Assembly (NCBI GenBank): GCA_040902005.1 | Contig: JBBDYA010000100.1 | Span: 1 to 64,000 of the forward strand | Source: Gemmatimonadaceae bacterium | GTDB taxonomy: Bacteria; Gemmatimonadota; Gemmatimonadetes; Gemmatimonadales; Gemmatimonadaceae | DNA length: 64,000 bases | Direction of reading: 5' to 3' | In this document: piece by piece, positions 58,515 to 64,000 of the stretch | Layout: each line of letters starts with the position of its first letter | Numbering within the stretch: the stretch's first letter is position 1 | Notes under the pieces: generated by a model | Seen by the model: only the letters and a program-made list of their open reading frames with translations | What the model was told of the DNA's origin: nothing | Database searches by the model: none | Program-made: the position numbers and the translations under genes

Positions 58515-59343
58515 CACCTTCACGACGATCCTGCTCTTTCGCGAGGCGCTGTATGGCGCGCTCGTGATCGCGCTCGTGTGTTCCGTGTTGGGCGTGTACG
58601 TGGTGCTCCGCCGCATCGTGTTCGTGGGAGCGGCCCTGGCCCAGCTCTCGTCCGCCGGAATCGCGTTGGGCATGTTCCTCTACGGCCTCGGCATCGGCGG
58701 TGAACTGACCCACCACCCGGTCGCCATGGCGCTGATCGTGACCATCGCCGGCGCCATGTTCTTTGGCCTGGGCGGCGGCGGGCGCGCGGGCGTGCCTCCG
58801 GACGCGGTCATCGGCGTCACGTACGCCGTCGCCGCGGCCGTCGGCATCCTGCTCATCGCCAAAGCTCGCGTCGGTGAAGTACACGACCTGTTCCTGCAGG
58901 GCAACATCCTCGGGATCACGCGGCTCGACACGTACATCCTCCTGGCCGTTGCCGTGCCCGTGCTGTTGGTGCACGCTGTCTTTTACAAGGAGTTCCTGTT
59001 CGTCTCCTTCGATCGGCAGACGGCGCAGACGATGGGATACAACGTCCGGTTCTGGAACCTCCTGCTGTACCTCACGCTCGGCGTCGTCATTGCGTACGCC
59101 ATGCAGTTCGCAGGCGTGATGCTGGTATTCAACTTCCTCGTGCTGCCGGCCGTCACGGGGCTGCTGCTCGCGAGCAGCATGCGGGGTATTTTTTCCATCG
59201 CGATCGCGGCCGGATTGCTCGCGGCCCTGGCGGGATTCTCCCTGTCCGTTCCATTCGATCTGCCAAGCGGCCCGACCATCGTGGCCGTATCAGGCGTCCT
59301 CGCGCTCACGGCGTGGGGCGCTCGCCACCTGCTGAAGATCTAG
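58507..59343 (+). CDS. ZnuB-like metal ABC permease (ABC-3)
   Basis: LGVYVVLRR..F, L.GNIL, SFD, DLPSGP.IV. Confidence 0.9.
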   Translation: MADTFTTILLFREALYGALVIALVCSVLGVYVVLRRIVFVGAALAQLSSAGIALGMFLYGLGIGGELTHHPVAMALIVTIAGAMFFGLGGGGRAGVPPDAVIGVTYAVAAAVGILLIAKARVGEVHDLFLQGNILGITRLDTYILLAVAVPVLLVHAVFYKEFLFVSFDRQTAQTMGYNVRFWNLLLYLTLGVVIAYAMQFAGVMLVFNFLVLPAVTGLLLASSMRGIFSIAIAAGLLAALAGFSLSVPFDLPSGPTIVAVSGVLALTAWGARHLLKI

Positions 59344-59362
59344 GGATCCAGGGGCGGGTCGG

Positions 59363-59629
59363 TCACGCGAATCGCTGCACCGCGCGCTCGCGCGCCTTGC
59401 GGGCTTCTTCCTCCCGGTTGCGAGGCGCCGCCGTCGTGCTCAAGGAGTGGATCAGCCGCCTGGCCACGTCCGTCACCTCGTCCACGGCGCGCTTGAAGGC
59501 CTCTTCGTTCACGCGCGATGGCTTCGTGGTGCCACTCAATTTGCGGACGAATTGCAGCGCCGACGCGCGAATTTCGTCGTCGGTGGCTGGCGGCTCGAAA
59601 TTGGCGAGCGTCCTGATGTTGCGGCACAT
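59363..59629 (-). CDS. DUF2277 family protein
   Basis: MCRNIRTL.NFEPPAT..EIRASALQFVRKLSG signature. Confidence 0.85.
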   Translation of the reverse strand: MCRNIRTLANFEPPATDDEIRASALQFVRKLSGTTKPSRVNEEAFKRAVDEVTDVARRLIHSLSTTAAPRNREEEARKARERAVQRFA

Positions 59630-59756
59630 GGTCTATTGCCCCCCTTCGCGGTCTGTCTGACACAAATATGCTCGGCGCGGGTGCGCGGCGACATGTCAGC
59701 GCCCGAGTCTGGCTCGAATTCCCGCAACCCGCGTCGTGACGCTAACTTGACCGTCT

Positions 59757-62069
59757 ATGAGCCGGCGGGATGAAGCCCTCGAGTATCATCGGTCCGGACG
59801 ACCGGGCAAGATCGCGGTTGTCCCCACCAAGCCACTGACCAACCAGCGGGAGCTGTCCCTGGCGTACTCGCCCGGGGTGGCCGAACCGTGCCTGGAGATC
59901 AAGCGCGACCCGGACGAGGCGTACACGTACACGGCGAAGGGGAACCTGGTCGCCGTCGTCACCAATGGTACCGCCGTCCTCGGACTCGGCAACATCGGCG
60001 CGCTGGCCGGGAAGCCGGTGATGGAAGGCAAGGGCAACCTGTTCAAGCAGTTTGCCGACCTGGACGTGTTCGACCTCGAGGTGGGGTCGGAAGATCCGCA
60101 GGATGTCATCCGGTTCTGCCAGTTGCTCGAACCCACGGTCGGCGGGATCAACCTCGAGGACATTCGCGCTCCCGACTGCTTCCTGATCGAGGAAACGCTC
60201 CGGAAGACGCTGTCCATTCCGGTGTTCCACGACGACCAGCATGGCACCGCCATCATTTCAGGCGCGGCGTTGCTCAACGGTCTGGAACTCGTGGAGAAGG
60301 ACATCGGCGCGGTGCGCGTGGTGTTCTCCGGCGCGGGCGCCGCGGCCATCGCTACGGCCGAGCATTACGTCCGGCTCGGCGTGCGCCGCGAGAACATCGT
60401 CCTGTGCGACCGGCAAGGGGTGGTCCGCGCCGATCGCACCCCAGGCGAGATGGACCCCTACAAGGCGCGGTTCGCCACGCCGCGCAACCTTCGCAACATC
60501 GCCGGCGCCCTGGAGGGGGCCGACGTGCTCGTCGGCTTGTCGGTGGCGGGGGCGATCACGAAGGAGATGGTCGCGGCCATGGCGCCGCGCCCGATCATCT
60601 TCGCGCTGGCGAATCCGGTGCCCGAGATCCTGCCGGACGAGGTGCGGCTCGTGCGCGACGACGCGATCGTCGCGACCGGCCGCAGCGACTTTCCGAATCA
60701 GGTCAACAACGTGCTAGGCTTTCCGTTCATCTTCCGCGGCGCGCTCGACGTGCGCGCCACGCAGATCAACGAAGAGATGAAGATGGCGGCGACGCGCTCC
60801 CTCGCGCTCCTCGCCAAGGAAGACGTGCCCGACTCGGTGGCGGCGCTGTACGGGCTGCGCGGCGTGCGCTTCGGTCCGGAATACCTCATTCCCTTCCCGT
60901 TCGACCCGCGCGTGCTGCTCTGGGTGGCGCCGGCCGTCGCCTGGGCGGCGGTCGCCAGCGGCGTCGCCCGCGAGTTCTGCGAGATGGAGGAATACCGGCA
61001 GCAGCTCGAGACCCGGCTGGGTCGCGCCCGCGGCCTGATGCGCGGCGTCATCAATCGCGCGACCCGCGACCCGAAGCGGATCGTCTTTCCCGAGGGCGAC
61101 GAGATCAAGGTGATCCGGGCCGCCGCCCAGCTCGTGGACGACGGCATCGCGCATCCCGTGTTGCTGGGCAACCGCCAGCGGATCGAGGGTATCGCCAGCG
61201 GCGCGAACGTCGACCTCGAGGGAATCGAGATCGAGAACCCGGCCACCTCCGCGCGTCGGGAATCGTATGCCCACTTCCTCTGGGAGCGGCGGCAGCGCAA
61301 GGGCTGGAGTCTCGATGAAGCCCGTCGGCGCCTCTACAACGGCAACTACTTCGGCTCGTGCATGGTGGCCAATGGCGACGTGGACGCGCTGGTCTCCGGC
61401 GTGAACCTGCACTATCCCCAGACGATCCGGCCCGCGCTGGAGGTCATCGGCGCGCACGCGAAGGCCGGCATCGTGAGCGGCTTCTACCTGCTCGTGTTCG
61501 AGCAGCACGTCGTGCTGCTCGGCGACACGACGGTCAACATCGATCCCACCGCCGAGAACCTGGCGCAGATTGCGTACGCGGCCGCGCGCATCACGCGCAC
61601 GCTCGGCATCGAGCCGCGCATCGCCATGCTCTCGTTCTCGAACTTCGGTTCGGTGAGGCACCCCGAAGCCGAGAAGGTCGAGCGCGCCGTGGCCCTGCTG
61701 CGTGAACGCGATCCGTCGCTGGTGGTGGACGGCGAGATGCAGGCGGATACCGCCGTGGCGCCACACATCCTGCAACGCGATTACCCGTTCAGCACTCTGA
61801 AAGAGCGCGCGAATGTGCTAATCTTCCCCAACTTGAGCGCGGGGAACATCGCGTACAAGTTGTTGAATCATCTGGGCGGCGCCACCGCGATCGGGCCCAT
61901 CCTCGTCGGCATGCGGCGGCCCGTGCACGTCCTGGAACGCGGCGCCGACGTGCAGGACATCGTCAACATGGCGGCCGTAGCGGTGGTGGACGCGCAGGAA
62001 CGCGAACGGGGCAGGTCGGAACGGGCAGCACCAACCCAGGACACTCCACAGGTCTTTTCGAGGCTATAG
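59757..62069 (+). CDS. maeB: NADP-dependent malic enzyme with PTA-like domain
   Basis: [38 protein letters not shown]-terminal DGEMQAD. Confidence 0.95.
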   Translation: MSRRDEALEYHRSGRPGKIAVVPTKPLTNQRELSLAYSPGVAEPCLEIKRDPDEAYTYTAKGNLVAVVTNGTAVLGLGNIGALAGKPVMEGKGNLFKQFADLDVFDLEVGSEDPQDVIRFCQLLEPTVGGINLEDIRAPDCFLIEETLRKTLSIPVFHDDQHGTAIISGAALLNGLELVEKDIGAVRVVFSGAGAAAIATAEHYVRLGVRRENIVLCDRQGVVRADRTPGEMDPYKARFATPRNLRNIAGALEGADVLVGLSVAGAITKEMVAAMAPRPIIFALANPVPEILPDEVRLVRDDAIVATGRSDFPNQVNNVLGFPFIFRGALDVRATQINEEMKMAATRSLALLAKEDVPDSVAALYGLRGVRFGPEYLIPFPFDPRVLLWVAPAVAWAAVASGVAREFCEMEEYRQQLETRLGRARGLMRGVINRATRDPKRIVFPEGDEIKVIRAAAQLVDDGIAHPVLLGNRQRIEGIASGANVDLEGIEIENPATSARRESYAHFLWERRQRKGWSLDEARRRLYNGNYFGSCMVANGDVDALVSGVNLHYPQTIRPALEVIGAHAKAGIVSGFYLLVFEQHVVLLGDTTVNIDPTAENLAQIAYAAARITRTLGIEPRIAMLSFSNFGSVRHPEAEKVERAVALLRERDPSLVVDGEMQADTAVAPHILQRDYPFSTLKERANVLIFPNLSAGNIAYKLLNHLGGATAIGPILVGMRRPVHVLERGADVQDIVNMAAVAVVDAQERERGRSERAAPTQDTPQVFSRL

Positions 62070-62074
62070 CACGC

Positions 62075-63691
62075 ATGGTGACGCAGACGCGACCGGCGCC
62101 GGTAGCCGCGCCGGCAGCACAGACGCTCGACGCGCAGGGCCTCGCGCCGTCCGGCCGCACCCATTGGAATCAGGTCCAGACGGTGCTGCTCGAAACCGCG
62201 GTCCGCCGGGGCGAGGGCGAGCTGGCGCACATGGGCCCCTTCGTGGCCGTCACCGCGCCCCACACCGGTCGCTCACCCAACGACAAGTTCGTGGTCCGCG
62301 ACCCCTCCACAGAGCAGGAGGTCGATTGGGGCAAGGTCAACCAGCCGTTCGCCCCCGACAGGTTCGACCGCCTGCTCGACGACGTTCGCGCCTACCTCAA
62401 CGGCCGTGACGACCTGTTCGTTCAGGACCTGTACTGCGGCGCCGATCCGGCGTACCGCCTCTCCGTGCGGTATGTCTCGCCCAGCGCGTGGCACATGGCG
62501 TTCGTGCGGAACATGTTCATCCGCCCCGACCTCGCCGATCTTGCCGGCTTCGAAGCCAACTTCACCGTGCTGCACGCGCCCCAGTTCGAGGCCGACCCGG
62601 CGAAGCACGGCACGCGCACCGGTACGTTCATCGTCCTCAACCTTGCGAAGCGCATGATCCTCATCGGCGGCACGCGGTACGCCGGTGAGTTGAAGAAGGC
62701 CATGTTCACGGTCATGAACTACTACCTGCCGCGGCAGGGCGTGCTGTCCATGCACTGCTCAGCGAACATCGGAAAGGACGGCGACACGGCGCTCTTCTTC
62801 GGGCTTTCCGGCACGGGCAAGACCACGCTCTCCGCCGATCCGCAGCGCCGCCTCATCGGTGACGATGAACATGGCTGGTCCCCGGCAGGGACGTTCAACT
62901 TCGAAGGGGGCTGCTACGCCAAGGTCATCAACCTGTCGCCGCAGAACGAGCCGGACATCTTCCGCACCACCGAGATGTTCGGCACCGTGCTGGAAAACGT
63001 GGTGCTGGATCCCGTGACGCGCCGCGTGAAGTTCGAGGATCAGTCCATCACCGAGAACACGCGCGCGTCATACCCCCTGCCCTACATCCCGAATCACGTT
63101 CCGGACGGGCGGGGCGGACATCCGCGGAACATTGTCTTCCTCACGGCGGACGCCTTCGGTGTGCTCCCGCCGGTCGCGAAGCTCACGCGCGAGCAGGCGA
63201 TGTACTACTTCCTGTCCGGCTATACCGCGAAGGTGGCCGGCACCGAGCGCGGCGTCACGGAGCCGCAGGCAACTTTCTCCTCGTGCTTCGGCGCCGTCTT
63301 TCTCGTCTGGCACCCCACCAAGTACGCCAACATGCTCGGGCAACTGATTGACGAGCACGGGTCCCAGGTCTGGCTCCTCAATACCGGATGGACGGGGGGT
63401 GCGTACGGCGTGGGGCACCGCCACAAGCTCGCCCACACGCGGGCGATGGTCGATGCCATTCTCAGCGGCCACCTCGGCAAGGCAGCGTGCGACGTGGATC
63501 CGGTCTTCGGGCTCGCGATTCCCCGCGAGATCAAGGGCGTACCGGCCCAGGTGCTCAACACCCGCAATACGTGGGGCGACACGGCGGCGTTCGATGCGCA
63601 GGCCGGCAAGCTCGCCGAGATGTTCCGCCGGAACTTCGAGAAGTTCGGCGGCGTCGCGTCCGACGCGGTGAAATCGGCGGGGCCGCGCTGA
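62075..63691 (+). CDS. pckA: Phosphoenolpyruvate carboxykinase (ATP)
   Basis: TGRSP.DK, YAGELKK, GLSGTGKTTLS, IGDDEHGW, NFEGGCYAK. Confidence 0.97.
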   Translation: MVTQTRPAPVAAPAAQTLDAQGLAPSGRTHWNQVQTVLLETAVRRGEGELAHMGPFVAVTAPHTGRSPNDKFVVRDPSTEQEVDWGKVNQPFAPDRFDRLLDDVRAYLNGRDDLFVQDLYCGADPAYRLSVRYVSPSAWHMAFVRNMFIRPDLADLAGFEANFTVLHAPQFEADPAKHGTRTGTFIVLNLAKRMILIGGTRYAGELKKAMFTVMNYYLPRQGVLSMHCSANIGKDGDTALFFGLSGTGKTTLSADPQRRLIGDDEHGWSPAGTFNFEGGCYAKVINLSPQNEPDIFRTTEMFGTVLENVVLDPVTRRVKFEDQSITENTRASYPLPYIPNHVPDGRGGHPRNIVFLTADAFGVLPPVAKLTREQAMYYFLSGYTAKVAGTERGVTEPQATFSSCFGAVFLVWHPTKYANMLGQLIDEHGSQVWLLNTGWTGGAYGVGHRHKLAHTRAMVDAILSGHLGKAACDVDPVFGLAIPREIKGVPAQVLNTRNTWGDTAAFDAQAGKLAEMFRRNFEKFGGVASDAVKSAGPR

Positions 63692-64000
63692 AAGTCGTTC
63701 GCGATCCGCTCTGGAACAACATCCGGGTCGAGCCCCTCGCGCTTCGGCTGATCGACACCGCGGCCTTTCAGCGGCTGCGCTACGTCCGACAACTCGGCCT
63801 GGCATTTCTGGTCTACCCCGGCGCGAATCACACCCGGTTCGAGCATGCGCTCGGCACCTACCACCTGGCGCGGCGTGCCCTGGACCTGCTTGGCGAACGC
63901 GGCGAGTTGCGGGCGCTGGATGACGCGGCGAGCGTGCACGTGCGCATCGCCGCGCTGCTGCACGACATCGGGCACTACCCGTTCTCGCATGCCCTCGAGG
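63688..64000 (+). CDS. HD-domain phosphohydrolase (dNTPase/YwfO-like), truncated by the window edge
   Basis: Translated by hand (not in the ORF track): KVVRDPLWNNI...FQRLRYVRQLG...YPGANHTRFEHALG...ALLHDIGHYPFSH. Confidence 0.9.
   Translation, partial: MKVVRDPLWNNIRVEPLALRLIDTAAFQRLRYVRQLGLAFLVYPGANHTRFEHALGTYHLARRALDLLGERGELRALDDAASVHVRIAALLHDIGHYPFSHALE

Overview
GC-rich bacterial chromosome segment. Gene content and order look Gemmatimonadota-like, which is an inference. Bases 1-5.8 kb hold a GNAT gene, an amidohydrolase gene and a type IV minor-pilin cluster. Bases 5834-21858 are a ~16 kb integrative element inserted in the 3' half of a standalone tRNA-Ile(GAU) and bounded by a 43-bp direct repeat. 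Its backbone runs on the minus strand: AlpA-like HTH, DUF3102, wHTH Rep-like gene with 23-bp repeats, RHH, large-terminase-like gene, tyrosine integrase. No capsid, portal or tail gene is recognisable, so it resembles a phage satellite. Its centre is a probable defence hotspot with two modules. The first is a KpnI-family HNH restriction endonuclease with a short beta-class methyltransferase and an RHH controller. The second is a DUF5131 (Gp37/Gp68, three-Cys) gene plus a TcmP methyltransferase-like gene plus a GIY-YIG nuclease-like gene, and this is the best candidate for an undescribed system. From 22 kb to 64 kb the genes are mostly housekeeping: typA, pilT, CDF transporter, pdxA, two PPIases, mfd, lepA, ftsEX/envC, nfo, a metal-uptake operon led by a CxxC/RAPP leader peptide, maeB and pckA. 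A 157-bp MITE-like inverted repeat lies at 29.3 kb. All family calls come from reading motifs by eye; no database search was run.
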